Shown here in pieces: positions 17,501 through 25,884 of a DNA stretch of 63,221 nucleotides. Below the pieces are notes generated by a model, which was given only the letters and a program-made list of their open reading frames with translations, made no database searches and was not told the DNA's origin. The stretch covers positions 1 through 63,221 of the forward strand of contig CAYPCX010000005.1 of NCBI GenBank assembly GCA_964409365.1, read 5' to 3'. Origin of the DNA: an uncultured Planctomycetia bacterium. Lineage in GTDB: Bacteria; Omnitrophota; Gorgyraeia; Tantalellales; Tantalellaceae. Made by a program: the position numbers and the translations under genes. The first letter of the stretch is position 1, and each line of letters begins with the position of its first letter.

Positions 17501-17811
17501 AGCCCGGCAAGAAAAACACCGACAAGAAGGATTATGGTAAAGACGTTAAGAACCACCATTTTCCCGCAAAATTCGCCCACCTTATCTTCCCGCTCATACT
17601 CGGGGTAGAACCTGACGATCGACAGTGACACCCAGTTGGCAACTGCCACTAACACGGCCACGGTGGAAACGACCAGGACGTAGTAGGCATAATCGGCGGG
17701 AGCGAATAAACGGGTAACGATCGGGATGAAAATGAGCCCCACGATGCCCGGGATCATCCGCGCGGGCAGATATCTGATGATATCCTTAAGAAGCGCTTTT
17801 ATCATGTTCAT
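14524..17811 (-). CDS. Wzx/MATE-type polysaccharide flippase fused in frame to a heparinase II/III-like domain
   Basis: About 490 aa of multi-TM flippase (LSDRYIL, EVGIYSASY), then DIKVPWELSRFQH, SNHYLSD, FEASTCYHRL, PQIGDNDSG, GHAHND, DPGTY, RSTAYHN. Start at ATG 17811 overlaps the upstream TGA (ATGA). Confidence 0.85.
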   Translation of the reverse strand: MNMIKALLKDIIRYLPARMIPGIVGLIFIPIVTRLFAPADYAYYVLVVSTVAVLVAVANWVSLSIVRFYPEYEREDKVGEFCGKMVVLNVFTIILLVGVFLAGLFLVRDHISGGLFCLMALGTLVFILTSVFETFQHFLRVRRQVNSYSAFAVWKSISAVVLGIFLVVFFRLGVKGLLFGVILGLIAALPFLWKKVKRNDAWDIGGTSFLFTLKMARYSLPLVLANLSAWILSLSDRYILQFFRGSTEVGIYSASYGISEKSILLLTSVFMLASGPLGISVWEKSGMEKSQRFVTKLSRYYLILCLPAVIGLSVLAKPLLRVLVARDYYEGYRIVLLISLGGFFMGLQHRFQLGLIFRKKTGYIMTAIIAAGLLNILLNVLLIPSHGYMAAALTTLVSYVFLLALMVFFSRAYFVWKFPFKSLLKVLFASAVMGVVIYPIGKGATPFPAVNLMLGVIVGSAVYLVALFVAKEPSTQELDTLRGMREGLRKKVLTPVGVIARFSGKSFSEMKEKIISAADKACDHVFDLLGSGDTELGKRIDWHTDFKTGYRWDPDEHYKKIKIPYGKADIKVPWELSRFQHLSEMGMAYAITGNGKYAEEFGGQVEDWIGANRPGHGVNWSCAMDVAIRACNWMLGYSYFRGSEALTPRFRTVFLESMEEHGRHIMGNLERRGRVISNHYLSDIAGLLFIGTMFPEFRSAGKWKKFAIKEFVKEIERQVYDDGCDFEASTCYHRLVLEIFFFSALLMVKNDTDFDGKNHREVSEKIFGKRYVDKLYRMFDAVCHLLKPDGRMPQIGDNDSGQFFKLYPREVLDMRYLLALGGVFFGEKKWKVREFFGTEEDIAEILICYGEEGRRVWDSLEWNSLAGIGSKAFPDTGWYVMRRDKNYCLVSCGPNGLNGRGGHAHNDKLSFELCLNGKDVIVDPGTYLYTVDPGKRNMFRSTAYHNTVMVKGEEQNRIDVKDPFFMKDETVAECTAWENGEDTDVFAGRHYGYKRLSHPVVHERRMVFHKKKGRLEVEDTFHGEGEWDLDFNLILSPDHQRDLYVRSERLAWKTRECEYSPGYGIIRRTGKYTAVGKAKDRSRFEFVIGGGPHEM

Positions 17812-18902
17812 GACGATCTTTGACCGATCTTTCTCAATTTTTTCCTTATTAGCCCCAGATAACACTTGATGCACAATGGCTGCGCCAGCCATCCGAAAAA
17901 CTGTAAAAGATGCCTGAACCCGTATTTTCTTATCCTGTAGGGGAACCCGCGAAAACCGCTCAAAAGATACGTTTCGGCAATATCCTCGTACCACTCGCCT
18001 TTAGTCATCTCTCCGGACACAACAGAACGGGAGAGCTCGTCAATAAGGTCTCTCACTTCTTTTGAACCCCGCGCGTCGCACGGATGGACAGAACAACTGT
18101 CGTCCACCTGCACGGGGTGTATCTCGTGCTCGACTGCCTCCCCTTTTTTACCGAAAAAAGCCTCAAATATGAACGACTTATCGGTATCCGTTCTGGATAC
18201 TGTCCTGTCGAACTGGAAATTCCCGAGAGAATATACTATTACACCCTTGTTATATCGTTCAACGGCCTGAGGCACGTGGGGATGATGCCCTATTATCACA
18301 TCAGCCCCCTCGTCGATAAACCTGCGGGCTTTGCGGGCCTGAGAAGGCGAAGGATGAAAAACGTTCTCTATACCCCAATGAAGAGAGACTATCAGATGGT
18401 CGCACTCTCCCCTTAAACGTCCAATATCCGCGACCACCTTTTCTTCATCCAGCCTGTTCGTGAAAATACCTTCTCCCGCAAGCTTCCTGCCGGACATGCA
18501 ATAACCCAGAAAAACGAATTTCTGGCCTTTTATTTCCAAGGCGGCATAACCTTCGGGGAAACTTCTGTTCCCCCCTCCCGTAAAACGTATATCCGCCCGG
18601 CTCAACACATCCAGCGTATCGTTGAACCCGCCCGGGCCGAAATCCAGTATGTGGTTATTCGCGATATTGACGACATTGAACCCGACGCCGCTCAAATACT
18701 TTATTCTTTCGGGAGGATTACGAAGGAGGACCGTTTTTTCGGACTCTTCCCCTCCGTGAGACAGGACGGTCTCCAGGTTGCCGAACAGGATATCCGCCTC
18801 TTCCAGCTTCTGTTTAATGCACGCGAAGGGATCCCTGTCCCCTCTGGTCTGGAGGGAAATGTCCCCCACGGCCAATAATCTTACTGTCCTATCTTTATCC
18901 AT
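17808..18902 (-). CDS. CapA/PgsA family metallophosphoesterase-fold protein
   Basis: AVGDI, FGNLET, ANNHILDFG, SLHWG, IGHHPHV, YSLGNF. Confidence 0.9.
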   Translation of the reverse strand: MDKDRTVRLLAVGDISLQTRGDRDPFACIKQKLEEADILFGNLETVLSHGGEESEKTVLLRNPPERIKYLSGVGFNVVNIANNHILDFGPGGFNDTLDVLSRADIRFTGGGNRSFPEGYAALEIKGQKFVFLGYCMSGRKLAGEGIFTNRLDEEKVVADIGRLRGECDHLIVSLHWGIENVFHPSPSQARKARRFIDEGADVIIGHHPHVPQAVERYNKGVIVYSLGNFQFDRTVSRTDTDKSFIFEAFFGKKGEAVEHEIHPVQVDDSCSVHPCDARGSKEVRDLIDELSRSVVSGEMTKGEWYEDIAETYLLSGFRGFPYRIRKYGFRHLLQFFGWLAQPLCIKCYLGLIRKKLRKIGQRSS

Positions 18903-18916
18903 GACGGGTCCCTGAT

Positions 18917-20278
18917 CTATTTATCGGAAACTTTTGATATTATCCATTTAAATTTGCCCGAAGGCGCCCGCTGTATATTGTCCACTATCTGCCCCTTTAC
19001 CTCCGTACCGCTCATTATGTCCTCCAGGGCCCTGCACAGCGCTTCTATTTCCGCTTTCAGTTTTTTCTCATCGTGGTCCGGCCACGGAACGATCTTCACG
19101 TTCACCAGACCGGGGGTCTCCTGGATGATCTGATTATCGCGGATCTCCTTGAAATGCTTAAAAAGATGCGTTATGGCCGGCGAAGAGATGGCCTTTCCTT
19201 CAGCGGAAACAAGCAGATCCCCCAGCCTGCCCTCTATCCGTCCCAGTATGGGATAATAAGCCCTGCCGCAGCCGCCGCAGGGTGTCTCAAGGACATCGGA
19301 ACACCTGTCGGTGGTCCTGTACCTTATGAAAGGATTCGCGTAATTCAAAAAACTCGTGCCGATGATCTCTTTTGTGTCGCCGTCGATCTCCGTGATGCCG
19401 TACTGCGGCACACAATGGTAGGAACTATCTTTTTCGCATTCTCCCGCGATAACAGCCTGTTCGGACATACCGTAAAAACTATATGTGCGGCAATTGAACA
19501 CCTCCTGCGTTATGTCCCTTTCCCACTGATATACGGCTTCTGAGGCGAAGAGCACTGCCCTTAACTTGAACGGCACTTTAAACCCGTATTTTCTGATCCT
19601 GGAAGCCAGGGCCGCGATCGAGCCGGTATAACCGTGGAGATATTTCGCTTTAAAACGGCCCATCATACGCAGATAATAAGCCACTTCTTCCCTGCCTCCT
19701 ATGCCGGGCGACAACCTTAAGGCGCGCCTTTTAGGGTCATAATGAAATACTTTGCCCGGGACTACATCTCCGCGGACCTGTACGGAGAAATCGTCCGGGG
19801 TAAACCCCACTCTTTCCCATTGGTGAAAGACGAAAGCCAGTTCTTTTTCCCGGGTCTCTTTACTGGCGTAGAACTGCAGGGGTTTCCCCGATGTACCGCT
19901 GGTGGATATTTCCAACAGACTTTTTCTGTTGAGGTTTTCAGCGACCATACCGTCAAAATTCATCCTGAACGAATCTTTTGTCAAATACGGCAATTTCCCG
20001 AGATCATTCAAGTCCTTGATGTCAGAGGGTTTCAACCCTCTCTCGTCAAAAATCCTTCTATAGTAAGGCACATTATTGTAGGCATGGTCCAGGAGCTTCC
20101 CCAGCTGCTGCATCTGATAATCTTCAAGCTGTTGCTTCTTCCACCACTGGGATTCCCGTAAAAATCCGTAAGTTTTCCAGAACACCCTGGAGTACCTTAA
20201 TCTTCCCGGCAAGAAAGAATACAGACGCAATAACGGGAATTTTACCGCGTATGGGATATTGCTCACAAAATTCTTCAT
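18917..20278 (-). CDS. CapK / phenylacetate-CoA ligase-like adenylate-forming enzyme
   Basis: STSGTSGKPL, YGMSE, PFIRYRTTD, IEGR, PSGKFK. Confidence 0.85.
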   Translation of the reverse strand: MKNFVSNIPYAVKFPLLRLYSFLPGRLRYSRVFWKTYGFLRESQWWKKQQLEDYQMQQLGKLLDHAYNNVPYYRRIFDERGLKPSDIKDLNDLGKLPYLTKDSFRMNFDGMVAENLNRKSLLEISTSGTSGKPLQFYASKETREKELAFVFHQWERVGFTPDDFSVQVRGDVVPGKVFHYDPKRRALRLSPGIGGREEVAYYLRMMGRFKAKYLHGYTGSIAALASRIRKYGFKVPFKLRAVLFASEAVYQWERDITQEVFNCRTYSFYGMSEQAVIAGECEKDSSYHCVPQYGITEIDGDTKEIIGTSFLNYANPFIRYRTTDRCSDVLETPCGGCGRAYYPILGRIEGRLGDLLVSAEGKAISSPAITHLFKHFKEIRDNQIIQETPGLVNVKIVPWPDHDEKKLKAEIEALCRALEDIMSGTEVKGQIVDNIQRAPSGKFKWIISKVSDK

Positions 20279-20295
20279 CGACCCACCTGTGCTTT

Positions 20296-21411
20296 TCAGC
20301 GCTTCTTATCCGCAAGATCGGATACAACATCCTTATATTTAACGAACTCGACACTGCTTTCTTCGCTCAAATAGCTCAGTGTTCTTTCCAGTTCCGTCCC
20401 GTTGAAAAAAGTTTTTGGATGCCCTTCCATCACAAGTACAAGCCCCTTTCCGCGGGGCCTTTTTTTAAAAGAATCCATATACATTTTTCTGTTCCAGCGG
20501 AAACTATTGGAAATATCCCAGAAATAATATTTTTCTCCGAAGATCTTTTCAAATACCGGCGTACCGGTGCCCATGACCTTCCCATCGGGTTTATAAGGTC
20601 CGCCTTCACGGGTATCCGCTTTTCTTTTACACAATATCTTTTCCGCGATCATGTAAGGTATTCTTTCATAACGGCGGTACGGCATGGAAAAAACAGGCAC
20701 TTCAAGGACTGCGTTTTCCCCTCCGGACGACGGGCTGTTGATGTCTTCGGCGGATGCGTACCACGGCCGGCAATTGCTGTGGGCGTTCCTGAAATCCACA
20801 AAAAAAGGCTCGTGTACCAGGTACCTGCCCTTCGCCACGGTGCTGTCCACCCGTATATGATTGGCCTCAAGGGCAAGAAGCACTTCCTTCGCCGGCTGGA
20901 TGCACCATGCTCCGGACCTGAAAGCCATGCATTCGTACGGAACGTCTTCCTCCCTTAAAAGCTGCTCCAACGTCTCCTTACCCTTTTTTATCAGACCTTT
21001 CAGCGAAAGGATATCATCCTCGCTGCCCAGGCCGTGAGGGAGGTTCGGCAGCCGCCACCATTCATAGTTCAACTTCCACCCGCCGCCGGTATAATCGGCG
21101 CCTATCCACTGCGGGTGAAGATGCAGCTGGACATCATGCCCCCTTTTGACAGCCTTTTTCAACTGCCGTTCTATCATTATATGCGGCATGTAACCCAGGT
21201 CCCTCTCGAGCTCCTTACTGTGCTCTTTAAAAGCCCAGTACTCGCATACCTCCGCGAATATGGTGAACCTGGCGCCGTGCCTGTCGCATATATCAAGTAT
21301 CCTGTCCGTGGGCTCAACCACGCGTTCCAGTACGTCTCCCGTGCCGTTGCCGAACACCTCGTAATCTCCCGATACGATGATCTTTATTTTTTCATTCATG
21401 TTTTCTTCCAT
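20296..21411 (-). CDS. Polysaccharide deacetylase-like (CE4/WalW-type) protein
   Basis: SGDYEVFGNG, HDVQLHLHPQW, FRSGAWC, DST. Confidence 0.7.
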   Translation of the reverse strand: MEENMNEKIKIIVSGDYEVFGNGTGDVLERVVEPTDRILDICDRHGARFTIFAEVCEYWAFKEHSKELERDLGYMPHIMIERQLKKAVKRGHDVQLHLHPQWIGADYTGGGWKLNYEWWRLPNLPHGLGSEDDILSLKGLIKKGKETLEQLLREEDVPYECMAFRSGAWCIQPAKEVLLALEANHIRVDSTVAKGRYLVHEPFFVDFRNAHSNCRPWYASAEDINSPSSGGENAVLEVPVFSMPYRRYERIPYMIAEKILCKRKADTREGGPYKPDGKVMGTGTPVFEKIFGEKYYFWDISNSFRWNRKMYMDSFKKRPRGKGLVLVMEGHPKTFFNGTELERTLSYLSEESSVEFVKYKDVVSDLADKKR

Positions 21412-22360
21412 GCTGGGCCTTGTCTACGATCTTCCAAACGGCTTTTTTAAGGTACATGAAAAAGATCTGTGCCGTTAGCCAGGATCTGTAAGCTCCGCCG
21501 AGGCGGCGGGAATGACCGCTCAATTCATACGGCAGTTCATCAAAACACCTTTTGCACACCGTCTCGACCTTATACACTTCCCCTTCTGTCAGTTCCGTCC
21601 TCCACTTCCCGAGATTATCCGACATTATCGGTCTTCTGATGTTGTTTTTCCATTCGACCTCTCCCGGCACATAGATCCGGTCGGAATGTTCATGGAACTT
21701 CAGCATTTCCTCCCGGAAATCCAGCCCTAACCGACCGCACAGCCGTTTTATCTCTCTTTCCGGATGCCTGAGCAGGTCCTCGTAAAATATCTCCACGTAT
21801 TTCGCCCCGAAGTTCTCTTCCCCGAAACGTCTCGCGGGAGGGACTCTTTCCCTGTAGTAATAAGAATGCTGGGCGACGTCGGCGTTCGCCCATTTGACTT
21901 TTTTCAGCGACAATACGACATCCCGGGGATCCCTTATTATGTGGATAATATAAGCATCCGGAAAAACCTTCTCCACGAAAGGCAGGCATTCAATATAAAA
22001 AGGATCCTTCTCTGCGATCTTCTTTTTTCCCATTGTATTCGCGAACAGGGATAAGCTCATCATGAAGAAATTCCCCGCCGTGATATCGATGTTGTTCTCC
22101 CTGCACATCCCGGCGATCTCCTCAGCATCAATATGCAGTCTCCCAAAATCCTCATTGCGCCTTAAGTTATCTACGACCGCTCTTATCCCTCCCCTCTTAA
22201 ATAATCGCTCCCACTTTCCTGATACGATGTATTCCCTGAAAAAATGCGACTCCGGCGGTGAACATACATCAGGATGCGCGTTGAATATCGCCTGCAATAA
22301 AGTGGTCCCTGACCTTCTCGTGCCGGTCACAACATACATATCAGGGTTTTTGACGATCAT
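21392..22360 (-). CDS. PAPS-dependent sulfotransferase (Sulfotransfer_3)
   Basis: 5'-PSB GTRRSGTTLL, AEKDP, 3'-PB IIRDPRDVVLS, YEDL. Start at ATG 22360, after an AGAGG RBS. Confidence 0.88.
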   Translation of the reverse strand: MIVKNPDMYVVTGTRRSGTTLLQAIFNAHPDVCSPPESHFFREYIVSGKWERLFKRGGIRAVVDNLRRNEDFGRLHIDAEEIAGMCRENNIDITAGNFFMMSLSLFANTMGKKKIAEKDPFYIECLPFVEKVFPDAYIIHIIRDPRDVVLSLKKVKWANADVAQHSYYYRERVPPARRFGEENFGAKYVEIFYEDLLRHPEREIKRLCGRLGLDFREEMLKFHEHSDRIYVPGEVEWKNNIRRPIMSDNLGKWRTELTEGEVYKVETVCKRCFDELPYELSGHSRRLGGAYRSWLTAQIFFMYLKKAVWKIVDKAQHGRKHE

Positions 22361-22364
22361 CTTT

Positions 22365-23471
22365 TTACCTCGTTTTAAGGACGTCAACTATCCTTCGGGC
22401 GGCTTTACCGTCCCAGAGCGGCGGTATGGCCCCCTTCTTCCCTTTTCCTCTCAAGATCTTCAGACTTTCCCTGATGATCTTGTCTTTATCCGTCCCTACC
22501 AGTATATTGGTCCCTTTCTTTATAGTTACGGGCCTTTCGGTATTCTCACGGATCGTCAGGCAGGGTATTCCCAGATAAGTGGTTTCTTCCTGGATGCCGC
22601 CTGAATCCGTTATTACGAACATGGAGTCCATGTACAGCCTCAAAAAGTCAAGATACCCTAAGGGCTCCAGTAACCTCACCTTTTTTTTGTCATGCTTTAT
22701 GCCGAATTTCTTCATCTGCTTAACGGTCCTCGGATGCGCGGGGAATACCACCGGCAAATGACCGCCTATTTCATGGAACGCTTCGAAGAGCCTTCTGAGC
22801 GTATACTTATGATCGACGTTGCTCGGCCTGTGCATGGTTATTACCGCGTATCGCCTTTTTGTCAGACCCAGATCGGACAGGATACTTGACTTGCGGCTTT
22901 CGGCCCTGTATCTTATCAAAGTATCTATCATCACGTTCCCCACAAAATGTATCTTGCCTTTAGGCGCCCCTTCTTTTTTCAGGTTTCTGTTCGCGTCCTC
23001 ACAGGTCGTAAAAAGCACATCGGAAAGCCTATCGGTAACGATACGGTTTATTTCCTCCGGCATGGTCCTGTCAAAGCTCCTCAGGCCCGCTTCGACATGG
23101 ATAACGGGGATCCAGAGCTTGGAAGCCACTACACTGCAGGCCAGGGTCGAGTTCACGTCCCCGACCACCAGGACATAGTCAGGCCCGAGTTCCTTAAGCA
23201 CCTTTTCAAACCCTACCATGACCCTGGCGGTCTGCTCCGAATGGCTTCCAGAACCCACTCCCAGGTAGACATCCGGCCTGGGAAGATGAAGCTCCTCAAA
23301 AAAATAACGCGACATGTTCTTATCGTAATGCTGTCCGGTATGGACCAACACCTGTTCAAATCGGCGCGGGCGCTTGTCCATTTCTTTCATTATAGGCGCC
23401 ACCTTCATGAAGTTCGGACGCGCCCCCACGACGTGGACTATCTTAATTCTTCTTCTCCTGTGCGATGACAT
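22365..23471 (-). CDS. wecB: UDP-N-acetylglucosamine 2-epimerase (non-hydrolysing)
   Basis: GARPNFMK, HTGQHYD, VGDVNST, HVEAGLRS, MPEEINR, DSGGIQEE. Confidence 0.95.
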   Translation of the reverse strand: MSSHRRRRIKIVHVVGARPNFMKVAPIMKEMDKRPRRFEQVLVHTGQHYDKNMSRYFFEELHLPRPDVYLGVGSGSHSEQTARVMVGFEKVLKELGPDYVLVVGDVNSTLACSVVASKLWIPVIHVEAGLRSFDRTMPEEINRIVTDRLSDVLFTTCEDANRNLKKEGAPKGKIHFVGNVMIDTLIRYRAESRKSSILSDLGLTKRRYAVITMHRPSNVDHKYTLRRLFEAFHEIGGHLPVVFPAHPRTVKQMKKFGIKHDKKKVRLLEPLGYLDFLRLYMDSMFVITDSGGIQEETTYLGIPCLTIRENTERPVTIKKGTNILVGTDKDKIIRESLKILRGKGKKGAIPPLWDGKAARRIVDVLKTR

Positions 23472-23482
23472 GGATCTCCCCT

Positions 23483-23998
23483 TTATATGTTTTTGATCAT
23501 TTTTTCCATCATTTTCGCGTTTTTCATGATCTTCCTTATTTTTCCTGTCAAGCTGTCCAGTTCATCCAGGCTTTTCCTGTAGAACTGCAGCTTCTCCTTA
23601 TCCTCATCGGGAATAGCTGAAGCATCAAGGGATTTGAGCTTTTTCTTAACACTGCCGACCGTCTCCTCGCTCGTACCGACAGTCTCGGAAAACACTCTCA
23701 TCATGTGGTTCAGGCCGAAACCGATTATATCCCTGTTCGCCTTGTAATAATCTTTCCGGCTATCCCTGCCCCAGACCTTTTCGACCGCCTCCCACCTTTC
23801 AAGGCGCCTGATATTTATGCTGACGTTCCCCTTGCTCATCCTGCACACCCTGGCCAGATCGTTGAGCGACATCTCCTTCGGGCTCAGAAAAAGCGCCACA
23901 TAAAGCTGTCCCATGGATTTACTGAGCCCCAGGTTCGCGGCTATATTCCCGGCTTTGAATATCAGCTCATCCCTTAACCTATCGATCTCTCCAGTCAT
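23483..23998 (-). CDS. GbsR/MarR-family transcriptional regulator
   Basis: GLSKSMGQLYVALFLS, wHTH MSKGNVSINIRRLE, RKDYY. Confidence 0.85.
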   Translation of the reverse strand: MTGEIDRLRDELIFKAGNIAANLGLSKSMGQLYVALFLSPKEMSLNDLARVCRMSKGNVSINIRRLERWEAVEKVWGRDSRKDYYKANRDIIGFGLNHMMRVFSETVGTSEETVGSVKKKLKSLDASAIPDEDKEKLQFYRKSLDELDSLTGKIRKIMKNAKMMEKMIKNI

Positions 23999-24023
23999 AA
24001 GTCCCTCTCCAGCGTTTGTAATG

Positions 24024-24048
24024 TTTAGAATGTTTTAAACGTTCTAAA
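24024..24048. promoter_or_regulatory. Palindromic operator candidate
   Basis: TTTAGAATGTTT-T-AAACGTTCTAAA: 12-bp arms with 1 mismatch, between the promoter and the regulator start. Confidence 0.65.
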
Positions 24049-24058
24049 TACACTATAT

Positions 24059-24086
24059 AGTATACCTTATTATTAAAAGATGTCAA
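24059..24086 (-). promoter_or_regulatory. Sigma70 promoter for the GbsR-led glycan operon
   Basis: TTGACA (24086-24081), 16-nt spacer, TATACT (24064-24059). Confidence 0.6.
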
Positions 24087-24130
24087 GATACGGCGGGTAA
24101 AACACAGGATGGGGCTTGGAACGTAGAAAG

Positions 24131-24868
24131 CTAAAAAGACCTGTAATAAGTGTATTCCCTGATGTCTTCACTTATCTTCTTTAAAACACAATAGTTAGGT
24201 AGGCCTTTGACGGCTCTGTACCCCGAAAATATCATTGAATGGATATCAAGGGGTGTTTGGAACATGTTCCTTAAAAAACCCAAACCCCGTTGAAGCACTG
24301 AATTTGGTTTATTTATGAATTCGGTCGCCAGTTCATAGTTATTATTCTTCAATATGAAACTTATAAGTTTCCGGATAGACGGCATCCACAGATCATCGAA
24401 CATGACATAACCGCCGGGCTCAAGAAGTTTATCGGTATAGAAAAAATCCACCAGCGCATAATCAAAAAGGTGACTGCCATCAATGAAAACAAAACCAAAG
24501 GATTCTTTACTGCGCGTTAACTGCGGAAGGACATCATAAGAGGGCGCTTCGTAAAACCTGAACACATTTTCCAGGCCCGCTTTTTTGATATTCGTTAATC
24601 CGACAGACCTCCACATTGTATTTTCGAAAGGATCGATCGCGGTATGGTACCCTGCCCCGTTATCACGGTGCGCCTGGCATATAAACAATGTCGACAACCC
24701 ATAAGCCATCCCTATTTCCAGGGTGTTCTTCACTTTTGTCCTTCGGATCAGATCATAAAGCGCCTTCCCTTCATCAAAACTGATGGCTGTCGGAAATACT
24801 TCTACGGAACGTCCTTCTTCATCCTCTGCCCGGCCTGTATCGTAAATACGCTCTATCAAAGAATTCAT
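24131..24868 (-). CDS. Class I SAM-dependent methyltransferase (Methyltransf_24-like)
   Basis: LEIGMAYGLSTL, AIDPF, FIDGSHLFDYALVDF, GGYVMFDD. Confidence 0.85.
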   Translation of the reverse strand: MNSLIERIYDTGRAEDEEGRSVEVFPTAISFDEGKALYDLIRRTKVKNTLEIGMAYGLSTLFICQAHRDNGAGYHTAIDPFENTMWRSVGLTNIKKAGLENVFRFYEAPSYDVLPQLTRSKESFGFVFIDGSHLFDYALVDFFYTDKLLEPGGYVMFDDLWMPSIRKLISFILKNNNYELATEFINKPNSVLQRGLGFLRNMFQTPLDIHSMIFSGYRAVKGLPNYCVLKKISEDIREYTYYRSF

Positions 24869-25806
24869 GCCATACGCCCCTTCTTCATGAATCTTACGCC
24901 ATCAACGTATATGTCGGGTTCGGTTATGACCCCGTCAAGGTGAAGCGGCACGTCGTTGTCACCGCCGAAGGAGAGATTGTTGCCGACGGCTATGTGGACG
25001 GTGCCTATAACCTTTTCATCCTCAAGTATGTTGCCGATTACCTTTGCCTTGGGATTAAGCCCTATACCCAGCTCCGCCACTTTGTATGCTTCAGGCCCTA
25101 CCCTGTCGAGGCGTTTTGTTATCTGGTCCGCGCCTGTGCCGGTTATTTCGGTCACCATACCTCCGGTGACTTTAAAAACAAGGGGTGAAGACAGCAGGCC
25201 GCAATCGGCAAAAGAAGCGTCGACTATGAAAATGCCTTCGCAGGACTCGGGAGCGAACGATAATTCCCCCTCCGGCAGGTTACCGAAAGCCCCGGGATAA
25301 TCGAATGAACCGCCGTCTTGTCCGAAAAAAGAACTTGTCCCCACGGTGAAGGTAATATCAGTGCCCCTCTCTGTAGTAACACGTACCATATCCGCCTTTT
25401 TAAATATCCCGTATAAGCGCCTCGATTCCCGTTTCAGCGCGTCATAATCTATATCAAGGCATCTGTTGGCTATATCTTCAGTGATGGAAGGCATGGTCGC
25501 TACCCTGGCCCCGTTAGCGGTCGCCTCCCTCCTGGCTTTGGTGTGCGTGAGGGATCTTTCGGTCACGAGTATCTGGACGTCGTATTCCAGCATCTTCCGG
25601 GCTACATCCTCCGGAGGTTCCGTGCCGTGTTCTATGGTGGGTTCTATGACCACTATCTCCACTTCAGGACTTATGCTGGCGGCATGCTCATAAAAAGCCC
25701 TGCCGATCGGCTCTTTGATGGTATCGGTCACGATCAGGCAGGATTCGGTAGGTTTAAGTTTCAACGACCCCTCGAACACCGCCTTAATGGCATGTTGATC
25801 TATCAT
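24865..25806 (-). CDS. Peptidase M29 (aminopeptidase T-like) metallo-aminopeptidase
   Basis: GNLPEGE, AELGIGLNP, EDEKVIGTVHIAVG, HLDG. Confidence 0.85.
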   Translation of the reverse strand: MIDQHAIKAVFEGSLKLKPTESCLIVTDTIKEPIGRAFYEHAASISPEVEIVVIEPTIEHGTEPPEDVARKMLEYDVQILVTERSLTHTKARREATANGARVATMPSITEDIANRCLDIDYDALKRESRRLYGIFKKADMVRVTTERGTDITFTVGTSSFFGQDGGSFDYPGAFGNLPEGELSFAPESCEGIFIVDASFADCGLLSSPLVFKVTGGMVTEITGTGADQITKRLDRVGPEAYKVAELGIGLNPKAKVIGNILEDEKVIGTVHIAVGNNLSFGGDNDVPLHLDGVITEPDIYVDGVRFMKKGRMA

Positions 25807-25816
25807 TTTGCCTCTC

Positions 25817-25879
25817 TGGTTACTGGTTACTGGTTACTGGTTACTGATTACTGGTTACTGGTTACTGGTTACTGGTTAC
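25817..25879. repeat. (TGGTTAC)9 simple tandem repeat (one TGATTAC variant)
   Basis: Nine in-register heptamers between the EamA stop and the aminopeptidase RBS. Confidence 0.95.
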
Positions 25880-25884
25880 TGAAA

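Noticed and set aside
17812-17994. 61-aa N-terminal extension of the flippase fusion in the ORF track
   Set aside because: It overlaps the CapA gene; the ATGA coupling at 17808-17811 gives the more plausible start.
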